DNA from: a virus
Reading direction: 5' to 3' (one strand)
Virus record (IMG/VR): IMGVR_UViG_3300046047_000262
Length of the DNA: 64,000 nucleotides
The notes under the pieces are model-generated. The model did not search any database and had not been told where the DNA came from. It was given only the letters and a program-made list of their open reading frames with translations. Of this stretch, positions 39,101 through 49,341 are shown piece by piece. Made by a program: the position numbers and the translations under genes. Every line of letters begins with the position of its first letter. The stretch's first letter is position 1.

Positions 39101-40838
39101 CCACATGCTTCTTCTTTTGAGCTTCAGTACCTGAGCTACCGAATAATCCACCTACGATGGTTGGACGAACATTACCACCACACTGCCATTCACCGGCATC
39201 GTTCAATGCTTCCTTACCTGGATTACGGAGACCATTGGATACAGCGGCTTGCACTAATGGTGATGTCGATACACCTACTGGCTGATTGTTCTCATCAGCA
39301 CAATATATAGTGTTCTTCGAAGTGAACAATGAGTCATTATCCGCTTTGACAACGTTCACTATATCTGATACGATGGACCCGAAATTGGCACTCTTCGCAC
39401 TGTCGATCTTCGTCTGGACCCAATCCTTCGACGCGGTTGACCAATCCGATTTCATCTGATTGTACTTATCCATCGCAGTACCTGGAACCGCATCGTATTT
39501 TACTACATCGAGATTGATATTCGTCTTAGCCCAGTCAATGCTCTTCTGGTTACGTTCCTTCCATACCGACCATTTCTCATAACCGCCATCATCATCCTTG
39601 GAATCGGATGTGGTCTTATTCGGAGCCGATGGTACAGCAGATTCGGTTTCCAATGAATCCCTGTCAACCTTGTATTTCGACAGGATCGAGTTCATATTCT
39701 GATTCCAGATATCATTGATCTTGATCTTCGATAGTGCTGCCACCTCGAAATCAGTCAGTGAACGTGCACCATATACGGTAGTGGATACGAATGTAGGTCT
39801 ATACCACGACTCTTTCTTAACAGCATTCTCCTCATACCCATTAAGAGCTGACGATGCCCACACGTAACCTGTTGATTCGCCACTATCGGTGGAATCACTG
39901 CCGCCATCAGTCAATCCCTCAGCCATCTTGTTATAATCATCATTACCGAATGACGAAGCGATATCATTGTATACACCGTTGGCGGCGGATTTCATACCTG
40001 TCCATAGGCCCTTGAACGTCACGGAGATCGCGTCCCCGATACCCATGGCGGTTTTCAAACGGGCGGACGAGTATACCTTGATGTAATCCCATTCGCCATT
40101 ATATCTTGTCCATTGGAGATTGTAACCGAATGTTTCCAATCCAGTGTACTTGTAGACCCTATCGGAAGCTACCACGGGAACGTCATCAGTGGGAAGCAGG
40201 GATACGGGTACTCCTATGCCCCAAGCTGTTTTAGCGCTCTTCTTCTCACCGTTCTGTATGCCCTGTGGTTGTATCAATGTAGCGACATCTTGTAAAGCTT
40301 CGGTGAATATTCCTGGAATATCACAATGAGCACTACTCAATGATGTCGAATAGTTATCACCTAGACCTGAACATTCTCCCTGCCAACTATCAGCGTTATC
40401 AGTGTTCACATCATCATTGAGATAATACATGGGATTAAGAATACGCTTGAATATAACACTCATGATGTTGGATGATGATGTCGCGTATGAATTGTTATCG
40501 GAGGTCAATTGTCCTAAGGGATCGGAAAGACTCTTATCCTCATTTCTTTTCTTACATGCCTCTTTTTTGAATTGCTTGTATATGATGTTATCATCGTTAG
40601 CTTTATCGCAATCGGTGTCGGCATATGATGTCGAGGATGCTATAGATGATACGGCCTTGGAGAAAGACGAGCCAGGATTCTCAGTGGTATAATACGACAC
40701 TGAGACCAGAACGGCGGAAAACACCGTCATCATCGCAATGAAAGCAGCGATAATACGAGATGCAGTTCTACCGAAATGACCATTACCTCTTGGTGAAGGT
40801 ATCATCCCTGCCGTGAGGTAGACCGAGTTATTATCCAC
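36141..40838 (-). CDS. Very large VirB6/TrbL-like membrane protein, paralogue 2 (1565 aa)
   Basis: MQCDLWEVFVLNPWSYGQFGTS, NWGIYQL; long extracellular N-domain and charged coiled-coil C-terminus; GTG start with GGAGG RBS. Confidence 0.65.
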   Translation of the reverse strand: MDNNSVYLTAGMIPSPRGNGHFGRTASRIIAAFIAMMTVFSAVLVSVSYYTTENPGSSFSKAVSSIASSTSYADTDCDKANDDNIIYKQFKKEACKKRNEDKSLSDPLGQLTSDNNSYATSSSNIMSVIFKRILNPMYYLNDDVNTDNADSWQGECSGLGDNYSTSLSSAHCDIPGIFTEALQDVATLIQPQGIQNGEKKSAKTAWGIGVPVSLLPTDDVPVVASDRVYKYTGLETFGYNLQWTRYNGEWDYIKVYSSARLKTAMGIGDAISVTFKGLWTGMKSAANGVYNDIASSFGNDDYNKMAEGLTDGGSDSTDSGESTGYVWASSALNGYEENAVKKESWYRPTFVSTTVYGARSLTDFEVAALSKIKINDIWNQNMNSILSKYKVDRDSLETESAVPSAPNKTTSDSKDDDGGYEKWSVWKERNQKSIDWAKTNINLDVVKYDAVPGTAMDKYNQMKSDWSTASKDWVQTKIDSAKSANFGSIVSDIVNVVKADNDSLFTSKNTIYCADENNQPVGVSTSPLVQAAVSNGLRNPGKEALNDAGEWQCGGNVRPTIVGGLFGSSGTEAQKKKHVDTRRTAWRGLDIFYGIVGSKIDWLSSKILGISQWISMIMNELVSWSFEPILKEIGFRSLATTIIISFRETIYMNLMMIFLAFAMLSIIVKFLKMQWTASFQEIGMTVLTVALGVIVLYMPDLMFTLVDDVPSAIERSTMAAVFSGNGTDKICTATGSAKNTSSASDIVDLFGKSTGFNPDGEIRTMQCDLWEVFVLNPWSYGQFGTSINQLYANGKESQGLDNAGTLKVSADVAKIVGDAGVNLGGGDNVNNWGIYQLAHQLSGTSTTEDNSAYADVLDKNLYRIVDAQAGPDNAAGRDTSHFSDWVGSVSSRTMVSLLSLIASGFGLVAIGGLALKKIEFSILGSLLLVFLPFMMLIGILPGSGRMKLKNYAFEILSLAIKRIFTVLLLSVGIEILLSAVSSTSSFGVAILGVCVICMIIIFYGRELTDLITMKIGEKTGSFGNFEQEASAYMRSNPVVTSAMDTLHATTIGTIGAGLGYAMTGSLRNPNRNSAKLGRAIEEGGEESVKNFNKRSAKLYKAYNEADTPQKRDAIAAQIKTLQAKKRESDDYYSSLNRLSFDSFKKRKALVDAWNDPDSMTKEQKKLHDMIMINEPSLSSEISQRVGANKSRKKFQRLREGRISTSIETINVINAEERRQIAMAKDQLMVSVDDSKESLRINDDLLSGFGDHALLAQAVHSSQDADFRDIIPGLDEHATAHERSIARYALNKVIEQSDLDDNQVEMLKDGIAMSDLKDSLENDKKRNLEQIYGSSYTKAKNLADSKEGKNMLKDAYETKRAEYSVADGIKDKKAKKIVLDNADAKYAKVKNKLNEYKKMEDDWVTQHNKNLADIDASKDDTMSDAAYERLVNKENDLADSMLNIDDTLNDINTYRDFVNAHKDKTEYSDIKKAFDRQKILNARIGDENDPDDETMRLTDDQSDRMKDLKDKADTVRFRKTDIGHNARVANEIPNPVEGAKRIRDAFGRGHQARKAKREFRRGDDKQ

Positions 40839-40893
40839 TACAGTTCCCTCCTCTGACCGGACTGATCTATCATATGATGAATATCATTGATGA

Positions 40894-41469
40894 TCAGGTT
40901 TCGCTGATGGTCATGAGAACTCCTGTACATGTATCAGGTATATGATGACATAATGGACAATCATAATTGTATTCCATACTATCTATTTCCCAATGATTCT
41001 TTAAGTAAGCGATCTTCTTGAATCCCAGATCGTACAGGAACCGTTCACTACCCAATAAAGGCACTGTCGGTATGGTATCCTCATCCATATCAGGGTTGAT
41101 CTTCATGACAAGTTCAACCCTGTTAACACCATGCATGGACATCCTTTTCAGGACATTGAACGTCAACATGGAGCCATACCCGTTACCCCTGTACCTGGCA
41201 TCCACACAAACCGCATCCACTATGCCGATGGTATACGTGAACTTCCCTGACGGCATGACCTCATAATGGAATAATGCGAACCCAACAGGAACACCAGCAA
41301 CCACACGAAGAATAAGATAAAAGACCACATCACCATCAGGTGAGCTTGATTCCACTGATCGCCATATGGATTCCAGAGCGTTCTCACCTATAGTCGCATC
41401 AGCTATTTTCTTGACATCATATGGTACATTATCGAATGTCAGAGCAGCAGTCTTTTTCTTAGCTATCAT
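40894..41469 (-). CDS. GNAT family N-acetyltransferase
   Basis: VDAVCVDARYRGNGYGSML acetyl-CoA motif A; YDLGF; C-terminal CPLC..C. Confidence 0.85.
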   Translation of the reverse strand: MIAKKKTAALTFDNVPYDVKKIADATIGENALESIWRSVESSSPDGDVVFYLILRVVAGVPVGFALFHYEVMPSGKFTYTIGIVDAVCVDARYRGNGYGSMLTFNVLKRMSMHGVNRVELVMKINPDMDEDTIPTVPLLGSERFLYDLGFKKIAYLKNHWEIDSMEYNYDCPLCHHIPDTCTGVLMTISET

Positions 41470-41477
41470 ATCATTAC

Positions 41478-41484
41478 AATATCG
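41478..41484 (-). promoter_or_regulatory. Class B motif CGATATT before GNAT
   Basis: Exactly 8 nt before ATG at 41469. Confidence 0.5.
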
Positions 41485-41505
41485 TAAAAGACATTATCAG
41501 GCTCA

Positions 41506-41799
41506 TCAAAGAGCCCGCTTGGAATTTTTGTAAGCATTGATGACAGTGCTGGAAAGCTTCGCGTATATTGCCGTGGTTTCAGGCATATCGATCATGCCAT
41601 CTCCGTTGACATTCTTGGCTCGCCTGGCTGGAATGGTTCTTTTCTTCACCGAAAAGACGTTCTTTAACCTGAACTCACCTGTTCTGGCCACTTCATCACG
41701 AACTACCTCAGTAAGACTATCAAGTATCTCAATGATCATATCCCTAGGCAGACCTGTGGAAACCTCTATGCTATGTATGATATCGTTTCTGCTATTCAC
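41506..41799 (-). CDS. HU/IHF-family DNA-binding protein
   Basis: SRNDIIHSI, GEFRLKNVFSV, IPARRAKN, MPET, KLSS pattern; GTG start. Confidence 0.85.
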   Translation of the reverse strand: MNSRNDIIHSIEVSTGLPRDMIIEILDSLTEVVRDEVARTGEFRLKNVFSVKKRTIPARRAKNVNGDGMIDMPETTAIYAKLSSTVINAYKNSKRAL

Positions 41800-42239
41800 G
41801 CATATTGAATATCACAGGAATCAGCAATACCGCCAGCAGAGTACAGTAAAGCCACATCAGCATAATCCTTCAAAAGAGCCCCCAATTTGGTATGAATCTG
41901 CTCATACGTCATGCCATGATCCGACTTCGCAATACCTTTCTTACCGATTTCGTATCTGTCATCCTCAGAAGTATCCTTGAACGCTATTTGAGGTATATGG
42001 AGCCTACAGTACTCCGATTTCACATCGAACTGGATATGACTATTATAATCATAGAGAACCCTGTTAGCGATCTGCTCACGCATAAGAAGTATTGAGTTCC
42101 TGATCATATCCTCGGGAATCTCACCATTCCATCCCCATTTCCTTACCTGTGATTCGATGACCTTATGAGGATCAACGGGTATGATGCTATCCTGCGGATA
42201 GGTAAACAGCATCCACTTATATTTCTTTGACATACTCAT
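41796..42239 (-). CDS. Hypothetical protein
   Basis: ORF overlapping the HU gene start. Confidence 0.6.
   Translation of the reverse strand: MSMSKKYKWMLFTYPQDSIIPVDPHKVIESQVRKWGWNGEIPEDMIRNSILLMREQIANRVLYDYNSHIQFDVKSEYCRLHIPQIAFKDTSEDDRYEIGKKGIAKSDHGMTYEQIHTKLGALLKDYADVALLYSAGGIADSCDIQYA
41808..41814 (-). promoter_or_regulatory. Class B motif TGATATT before HU
   Basis: Exactly 8 nt before GTG at 41799. Confidence 0.5.
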
Positions 42240-42320
42240 ATGCAATCATCCTTGTTCCCATTAGTGTACTCTAACATGAATCATTATACCAAGGAACCAC
42301 TAATCCTGACATTATCGTTT

Positions 42321-42380
42321 GATAAAACATATCATTCGAATACGAACACCAAGCAAGTAGCGATGAATGTTTTACTTATC
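42321..42380 (-). terminator. Imperfect AT-rich hairpin after lysozyme-NlpC gene
   Basis: gataaaacatatcattcg ... cgatgaatgttttacttatc. Confidence 0.35.
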
Positions 42381-43940
42381 TGGATACATCGCATACGGTC
42401 GATATATCTCGTACACCTTACCTGGCGTGCCACCGTCAACTCCATCAGATACGCTGACTCCCATGTCTGCACGTTTGACCTGAGTGGCTACATCCTTGAA
42501 CTTTATGGTATTACAATTATGGCAGGATGATTGTACCCATACGATCTTATTATCGCTGGCACGATGTCCCGCATAGAACTTCGTATGTACCGAGTTTACA
42601 AAAACGTCACCAGGAAGTATCTTGGATTCGATACCTGGGTCTGTGCTCATACCGATATACGCCTTACTGGATTGAGTAAGTTCCTTCATCATGGTTCCCG
42701 TATAGTATGCTTCCTGAAGATCCATTTTGCTCTTGCTGGTTCTGGTTTCGAACCATTGTTTTGGATCATAGTTCTTGGTCACTTTCGTACCGCCATATGT
42801 GTACCCTGTGGACAATTCGATCACCGTGGTAACGAAAGCAGAACAATCATAACCACCAGGGCCGGCGCCCATATCATAATACAATTTATCATCCGATACG
42901 AATGAGATCGCAGTATTGACCACGGCTTTCGCGTAATTGCTTGCCTTATCCCAATCATCAGGTTTGATCCCTGGATTCTCTATGCTACCAAAACGAGGGC
43001 TACTGTTATCACCTTTTACACATGATGACGTGGACACCGTGGTACTACCACCTAGTGAGGTCATGGCCTCCTGTGCCTTCGCGAATCGTTTCGTTAACTC
43101 GGCATCGGCAGCAGCTGTCCCAGGTAATGCGGGTACCTCGAATACGTCCTGGAATGCTGATGTGGCAGCTTTCAAGTCAGTTGCGGTCCAGAATCCACGT
43201 TTATCAAGAGATGCATTGTAAGACCCCGACAATTCGCTGAGAAGATATTTCATCTGTATCTCACCATCATTCCAACGTTTGCCGTTCTGTGTTGCTAGGT
43301 CGATCATCTTGGTTGATCTCCCAGGAGTCCACTGTGCCAATCCGATAGGTGCAGGTGATACAGCGGCCTGCCATGCTTTTATCTGATCATTGTTATCGCC
43401 ATCATGAGCATGCTGATACGTGGCATTGAAATGGACACCTGATTCAATAGTGAAGTTACCAAGAATAGCGGCGATCTGTACTTTACCGAATTTACCTTGT
43501 AATGTAGGTGCGCCATATGATCCAGGATTCGATAATGCGGCGATCACCGTTTTGGCATCATCATTACCCTGTAAAGAACCGCCACTGATGTTTACAGTTG
43601 ATGCCGCTGATTCCGAATCGCAAGTAGCAGTGACCTCATCCTTACCAAACGTCTGGAACAAGGTGAATGTGCCTATAATAGCTATGACAATACCTATACT
43701 GATCCAAGTGAACGGGCTAGTTACAAGGGCTATAAAGGTCTTGATAAAAGATACTGTGGCCCTAAACGCCACTTTCACTGTCGCCTGAATCTTCTTCCAA
43801 GCAGCTTGGGCCTTGCTTGCTATGCTGGCGGCATTGTTCATAGCAGAGTTAGCGGCCGAATTCACGACCGACTTACCCTTATCAACAACAGCGTTCGACG
43901 CTTTGTTGCCTATATCACTGAGCTTGTCCTTGATAGACAT
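42372..43940 (-). CDS. VirB1-like peptidoglycan hydrolase: phage-tail-lysozyme plus NlpC/P60 domains
   Basis: AAILGNFTIES, IGLAQWT, AFQDVFEVP; YDCSAFV, HTKFYAG; N-terminal TM. Confidence 0.82.
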   Translation of the reverse strand: MSIKDKLSDIGNKASNAVVDKGKSVVNSAANSAMNNAASIASKAQAAWKKIQATVKVAFRATVSFIKTFIALVTSPFTWISIGIVIAIIGTFTLFQTFGKDEVTATCDSESAASTVNISGGSLQGNDDAKTVIAALSNPGSYGAPTLQGKFGKVQIAAILGNFTIESGVHFNATYQHAHDGDNNDQIKAWQAAVSPAPIGLAQWTPGRSTKMIDLATQNGKRWNDGEIQMKYLLSELSGSYNASLDKRGFWTATDLKAATSAFQDVFEVPALPGTAAADAELTKRFAKAQEAMTSLGGSTTVSTSSCVKGDNSSPRFGSIENPGIKPDDWDKASNYAKAVVNTAISFVSDDKLYYDMGAGPGGYDCSAFVTTVIELSTGYTYGGTKVTKNYDPKQWFETRTSKSKMDLQEAYYTGTMMKELTQSSKAYIGMSTDPGIESKILPGDVFVNSVHTKFYAGHRASDNKIVWVQSSCHNCNTIKFKDVATQVKRADMGVSVSDGVDGGTPGKVYEIYRPYAMYPDK

Positions 43941-43942
43941 GA

Positions 43943-44614
43943 TTAAGCCGCTTTCAACAATTCGCCCATTCTGATAATGAATTCCGAATAATCATATATC
44001 TTTGGCCATTCATCATTATTGAATAGAATCAATGGGCCTTTAGGAAGCTTCTCATGAAAGTACCCATCATTATCGGATATCAACGTCGTATCGGCAATGG
44101 TACGACCGCTAGAATCAGCAAACGTAAAAGTGAACGTTACCCTGTTCTGTTTACGTTTACTGATAACATTGGAAACATTATTCAGGAATGTTCTAGCAGG
44201 ATTCAGATTGTCAGTCTCTACTATCGCCCTGTAATCATTCTTTGATCGCCAAAGCAATAACCAGCAATCATCACCATGAACAAGGTAGAATGTCATACGC
44301 CGTCTATCCAAGCTGAGTTTTATCGTGAGAATGATAGAAGCCGTGGACAATGCGGATATCATCAAGGTGGCATCAGGATTGGAATCATTTGATTCAGGAT
44401 ACCCCTCATCATCAATAGTGATGACTCCATCATCGATCAACTCATTATACCCGTCAATAGCAACCGCATCGATCTTCTTCTCACTTAGACCAAGAAGATC
44501 AACTGGATAGTAATTCTCCTGACCAGCAAGTGCGTAATCAACAATCGCAAGGAATTCGTTCTGACTCATGGAGATCACGTTAGTTCCATTGGGGAGCTGT
44601 CTATTGTTCTCCAT
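43943..44614 (-). CDS. Hypothetical protein, faint EspG-like pattern
   Basis: Coupled to the hydrolase gene; AAGAAAGGA RBS; family call weak. Confidence 0.55.
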   Translation of the reverse strand: MENNRQLPNGTNVISMSQNEFLAIVDYALAGQENYYPVDLLGLSEKKIDAVAIDGYNELIDDGVITIDDEGYPESNDSNPDATLMISALSTASIILTIKLSLDRRRMTFYLVHGDDCWLLLWRSKNDYRAIVETDNLNPARTFLNNVSNVISKRKQNRVTFTFTFADSSGRTIADTTLISDNDGYFHEKLPKGPLILFNNDEWPKIYDYSEFIIRMGELLKAA

Positions 44615-44686
44615 AACTAGTGTATCCTTTCTTCGTGTTCATATCTGAATATCTAACATCGGTCATGACCTGATATTGAACAACCA

Positions 44687-47600
44687 TCAGTTTTTAGTCC
44701 TGTTATTCATTTTCCTATTAATCCTCCTGAACTTCCTAGCATTCTTTTTCATAGGATTGACACGCATTCCCAATGCATCCATAGAATCACTGTCTATTTC
44801 ACCCTTACTATTAATCACATCGGTAACGGAATCACGGGAATCAGCGATGGATTTCATATCATCACGACGAATCTTTCCTGCTTTACTCCTCTTGGACAAT
44901 CTTTCCATGTTGATATCCGCAGCACGCTTCGCCGCCAACACCTTCTTATATGTTGCTACCTCATCTAGTTTCTTGACATTGGATTCATACTTGTTATCAG
45001 CGGATTCAATGTTCTTAGTAGCTGAATCCCTATCATTCTCTACATCGTCCATTGATGAGTACTTATCGTTACCCTGAAGGTTCTTCTCCTCATAATCACG
45101 CTTATCCCTTAGGAATACGCTATTGATCTTGTCATAACCGTCCTTGCTCATTGACATCTCTTGAGATATCTTATTCTTCTGCTCATCAGTCAACTTATCC
45201 GAATCTGTGTTCAACTGTGTTTCAAGCTGTTGGTATCGTTGATAAGCCTTAGCGGATTCAGGTTTGATATTGAATGATTCATCACCATTCAGCATGGCGA
45301 CCTTCTCGCGACGACCATAATTAGCAGCTTTCTCTATGGCCTTAGATATCTCGGTCTTACGGTCATTGAACCCACTAGTCAACGCCTCAGTATCATTAAG
45401 GGTCTTCCTGTGATCTGCTATCTCATTCTCATGAGCATTCATCAACCCTGCCCTTTCAGCACTGATATCAGTGTCCAAAGCCTTTTCAGCAGTTAATCCA
45501 GTAGATTGACGCAGATGGTCCTCAGCGGCGGTCAAGGTCTTCTTCGTCGTTCTGGCATCATCAAGAGCATTCTTCCTACGGGTATCCTGGATGCTATCCG
45601 AAGCTCTGGCAGCATTCGAAAATATACCATTGCCGCGTTTAGCCTGCTGAGTTACTGACCACTTACCAAGATCGTTAGCAGCAATAGAACGTTCCTTAGC
45701 GTTACGCATGGTATTCTTCATACGACCACCAACGTTATACCACTTGCCATCATACTTCTTGACATTATCATTACCGGCAAGATAACCACCGGCATAACCG
45801 CCCACGCCGGCAACCGCCATACGTTTAGCAGCGGCACCCTTACTTGATATGAATTCGCCGAATTTATTGGACATCTTTTGCCCACCCATGTCAACCTTGC
45901 CGATCATCTCTACGAATTCCTTACGATACATCCATACAGTCATCGTAACGATAATAACGAACAAGAATGATGTTCCCAGACTATTCGATGCACCAAGCAC
46001 GGCGTCATATAGTTCGACACCTATCAGCATCCATAGTATCGAAGCGAAATATTTCATAATGGATGATATGACCTGTTCCAACCAGCCAAGGAATATACGT
46101 TTACCCTGGCCAGGTATGATACCGAACAATAGGAACAACGGAGCGAACGTCATTAATAATACGCCAGCAAACATGTACATGAGAGCATATAATGCCGTGA
46201 CTGATAATACGAATCCGCCAAGTAACGATGCTATAACGGCAATCAACGATATACCAAACCGAGTACCGGCATAACCACCATACCAATACCACCATGCAGT
46301 GGATACATCCTGACTCGGGTCCTCGGCTCCAGCGGTAGTCTTCGCGGTAGCCATGAGATCAACCATGTAATACCAATCACCATATACCGCATTACCCGTT
46401 TTATTTACGGTCGCAGTATCATGATACGGTATGTCCTTAGCAGTACCAGTGCAATCATGATACTTGGTCTGTAGATTCAACTGGTACAACGCAATATTAG
46501 AATAACGCCATTTCGATGTCTGATCAGTACAGATATTATTCATATTGCCATCAGCAGAATACATGGAAACAGCAATAGACTTCCAATACTTAACCGCATC
46601 CTGATCCTTGAACCCCTTCATGAACGAACCTTCACTGGAATTCAAACCGCCAGTATACAGATTCGCATACGTGGTACCGAACTGACCCAATGACCATGGT
46701 TCAAGGACAAATGCCTTCCACATCGTACATGTGGAAGAACGTGCGATCAATGATAACTGTTCACTATAACCATCAGCGGAACCCACATCAAGATAGCATT
46801 CAGTCCCCTCGGCAGCGGTAGTACCGTTGGAAACATTACCATTAGGATCCCAGCACCCAATACCATTAAGCCCCTCTACAACGCAAGCACCAATGGACGT
46901 GCCGATTTTCATAGGAGCCTGAGCGAGAAGTAGGGGATTGTTCAACATGATGACGCCACCTGCGAACAATAACAACGCCCACACCAGGCCACCGAAAGCC
47001 TCACGGATCTTATGCTTCGCTATTCCAGTCCATAATAACCATATACCGACCACTGCCATCACTATGATGATCAGACCCTGATACAAACCAGAATACAAAC
47101 GGCCAATGATACCACCATCGCTACCATTCTGACCAGTACCACCAATGACACCAAGAAGATTGATACAAGGACCATGATTCCAGTTGCCACTGACATCCTG
47201 ACAGATGATTGTCGGGTTCACTGCATTAGTCACGAAGAATGACGTCATCGTCATATTCATGGAAGCTATTCTCAGGATGCCGTTTGATATCAGACCACCC
47301 ACGTATCGGCCAAGACACGGCATGGATTGGCGGACACCTGATGATGATGTCTGAATGTTCTTATTCCTGTCAGTGAATCCACCGGCAGTACCTGAATCAA
47401 CACCTGACCCTTCACCACGATCAATACCACCGAAAGTGGCATCATCACCACCAGCTCCTATCTTACCAGGATCAGGTGAACCATTATATGTCGACCATCC
47501 TATGGATGGAGCGTACATATCCTGGATAGTGTACTTATGCAAAGACTCGCTAGCATGAAACACACCCTCGCCATTCGTACCGATCATACTTGTGTTATAA

Positions 47601-47806
47601 CCGATATCACCCGTTCCACAAGTAAGATCAGTAAAGACATCAGCTTTCACCGAAGTAAGAAAACCAAGGCTCAATGTTGACAGCACAATAACAAAAGCGA
47701 ATACCACCGCAAGTACACGTGAAACACCACGAGTCCTATAGCGACGGCTGACTACGTTGATACCACCAGCGTTATAATACGATGCTGCTTTTATCACGTT
47801 CCCCAC
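44687..47806 (-). CDS. Large VirB6/TrbL-like membrane protein, paralogue 3 (1039 aa)
   Basis: TCTMWKAFVLEPWSLGQFGTT, ALYQL, TM clusters, coiled-coil C-terminus. Confidence 0.65.
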   Translation of the reverse strand: MGNVIKAASYYNAGGINVVSRRYRTRGVSRVLAVVFAFVIVLSTLSLGFLTSVKADVFTDLTCGTGDIGYNTSMIGTNGEGVFHASESLHKYTIQDMYAPSIGWSTYNGSPDPGKIGAGGDDATFGGIDRGEGSGVDSGTAGGFTDRNKNIQTSSSGVRQSMPCLGRYVGGLISNGILRIASMNMTMTSFFVTNAVNPTIICQDVSGNWNHGPCINLLGVIGGTGQNGSDGGIIGRLYSGLYQGLIIIVMAVVGIWLLWTGIAKHKIREAFGGLVWALLLFAGGVIMLNNPLLLAQAPMKIGTSIGACVVEGLNGIGCWDPNGNVSNGTTAAEGTECYLDVGSADGYSEQLSLIARSSTCTMWKAFVLEPWSLGQFGTTYANLYTGGLNSSEGSFMKGFKDQDAVKYWKSIAVSMYSADGNMNNICTDQTSKWRYSNIALYQLNLQTKYHDCTGTAKDIPYHDTATVNKTGNAVYGDWYYMVDLMATAKTTAGAEDPSQDVSTAWWYWYGGYAGTRFGISLIAVIASLLGGFVLSVTALYALMYMFAGVLLMTFAPLFLLFGIIPGQGKRIFLGWLEQVISSIMKYFASILWMLIGVELYDAVLGASNSLGTSFLFVIIVTMTVWMYRKEFVEMIGKVDMGGQKMSNKFGEFISSKGAAAKRMAVAGVGGYAGGYLAGNDNVKKYDGKWYNVGGRMKNTMRNAKERSIAANDLGKWSVTQQAKRGNGIFSNAARASDSIQDTRRKNALDDARTTKKTLTAAEDHLRQSTGLTAEKALDTDISAERAGLMNAHENEIADHRKTLNDTEALTSGFNDRKTEISKAIEKAANYGRREKVAMLNGDESFNIKPESAKAYQRYQQLETQLNTDSDKLTDEQKNKISQEMSMSKDGYDKINSVFLRDKRDYEEKNLQGNDKYSSMDDVENDRDSATKNIESADNKYESNVKKLDEVATYKKVLAAKRAADINMERLSKRSKAGKIRRDDMKSIADSRDSVTDVINSKGEIDSDSMDALGMRVNPMKKNARKFRRINRKMNNRTKN

Positions 47807-47870
47807 CTTTGTATCGTTGACATTCGCTTACCCTACTATCTAATATCACGATGAGAGTCGTATCATATAG

Positions 47871-47911
47871 ATAACGGGTGGAAACCACAAAATAGTAGTT
47901 CCACCCGTTAT
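47871..47911 (-). terminator. Terminator hairpin after phoH
   Basis: 13-bp inverted repeat ataacgggtggaa/ttccacccgttat. Confidence 0.7.
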
Positions 47912-47929
47912 ATCTATCCCGAAACTGTT

Positions 47930-49315
47930 CTATGATAGCTCTGAAAGCAATCTGCTGGCAAGCTGAGCAAGTGATGACCTCTCACTGATAGTGAAATCAA
48001 CATGTGCGAACATTGGCTCCAATTTCAATCGTGCGATCAGGGAGACAATATTCGTACCTTTGGAAAGATAAGGATTATCCTGCTGATCCATATCGAATGT
48101 GAAGATGATCTTGGACTTATCACCCAACCTTGATACGATGTCCAGAAGAATGCTCCTATCCAATGATTGTGCATCATCCACGATGATCAACTGGTTCTCC
48201 AAAGTTCTACCGCGAAGATACGTGATCGGCTCGATACTGATCATGCCCTCGTACTTATCCTCAATGGTATGCTTGATATCCGCATCAATACTATTAGCGG
48301 ATTGGGTACGCCTGTTCTTGCCCTTATGGGTCAAGGAATCATACTTCCTCACATTATCCCATACAGCCTGGGCCCATGGTCTCATCTTGTCATCAGCATC
48401 ACCAGGTAGGAATCCTGTCTCCTGCCTTCCTACAGCATACATGGAACGAAATACGGTGATCTTATCGAACTTCTTGTGTTTCACAGCTTCAAGACCATAG
48501 GAGATTGCCAGTAAGGATTTTCCAGCCCCAGCAACACCTCCCAATGAGAGCATCTGAATATCGGAATCGTTCAGATACGATGTGGCTAACGCCTGTTCCT
48601 TGTTCCTAGGATGGATTGGGCCGACGGCTTCCCAGTTCTTCTCCGCGAAGTTAGTGATCCTATCACCCTTCTTCATCAACCAATCCTCAGCACCTCCTTG
48701 ACGTAGGACGATCAGTGAATTGGCCGGTACCCTTTTAGTCTGTTCCGACACGTACTTCAGGATATCCTCATCATCAAGTTCACCATCAACACCGAGTTCA
48801 TCAAGGTCAAGAACGATACGACCATCGAACTTCTCGTCTGCACCATCATCATATGGTTTAGCATCGATCTTCTCAACTACCGAAGCGATGAACCGTAATG
48901 GTGCATCGTTCGTGATGAATTCCACGGGCTGATCCGAACTCTGAGACAGGTTCTTTACTACCGCCAGGATTACCTTATCATTATCCTTATCATCCCTGAT
49001 CTCACTACGAAGCGAATCCTGTTGGGTATGGTCGACTTCGATGCGAATGGTATTCGTACTGTTCGGTATTCTCACTGATCGCACTGCGAGATCATCGGTA
49101 TGGGCTATACGGATATCATCCAATAATCTGATTACCGTCCTGGCGGCGTATCCTCGGCCACCTGTATCAGTTCGATATTTCTCTATCTCCTTATAAACCG
49201 TAAGGGGAATCACAATATCCCGATTCTCAAGTTTAGTGAACACCTCATCGCCAGTACTGAGAAAGATGTTAGTATCAATTATAGAGGTTACCCTGTTGTT
49301 TTTCTGTGTAGTCAT
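47930..49315 (-). CDS. phoH: PIN-domain PhoH-family ATPase (PhoH2/YlaK-like)
   Basis: IDTNIF, DNDKVIL, ITND PIN residues; GVAGAGKS, LPGDADDKM, YLRGRTL, IVDDAQ. Confidence 0.9.
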   Translation of the reverse strand: MTTQKNNRVTSIIDTNIFLSTGDEVFTKLENRDIVIPLTVYKEIEKYRTDTGGRGYAARTVIRLLDDIRIAHTDDLAVRSVRIPNSTNTIRIEVDHTQQDSLRSEIRDDKDNDKVILAVVKNLSQSSDQPVEFITNDAPLRFIASVVEKIDAKPYDDGADEKFDGRIVLDLDELGVDGELDDEDILKYVSEQTKRVPANSLIVLRQGGAEDWLMKKGDRITNFAEKNWEAVGPIHPRNKEQALATSYLNDSDIQMLSLGGVAGAGKSLLAISYGLEAVKHKKFDKITVFRSMYAVGRQETGFLPGDADDKMRPWAQAVWDNVRKYDSLTHKGKNRRTQSANSIDADIKHTIEDKYEGMISIEPITYLRGRTLENQLIIVDDAQSLDRSILLDIVSRLGDKSKIIFTFDMDQQDNPYLSKGTNIVSLIARLKLEPMFAHVDFTISERSSLAQLASRLLSELS

Positions 49316-49341
49316 GTATTATCCTTTTTTAGGTTCGACAT

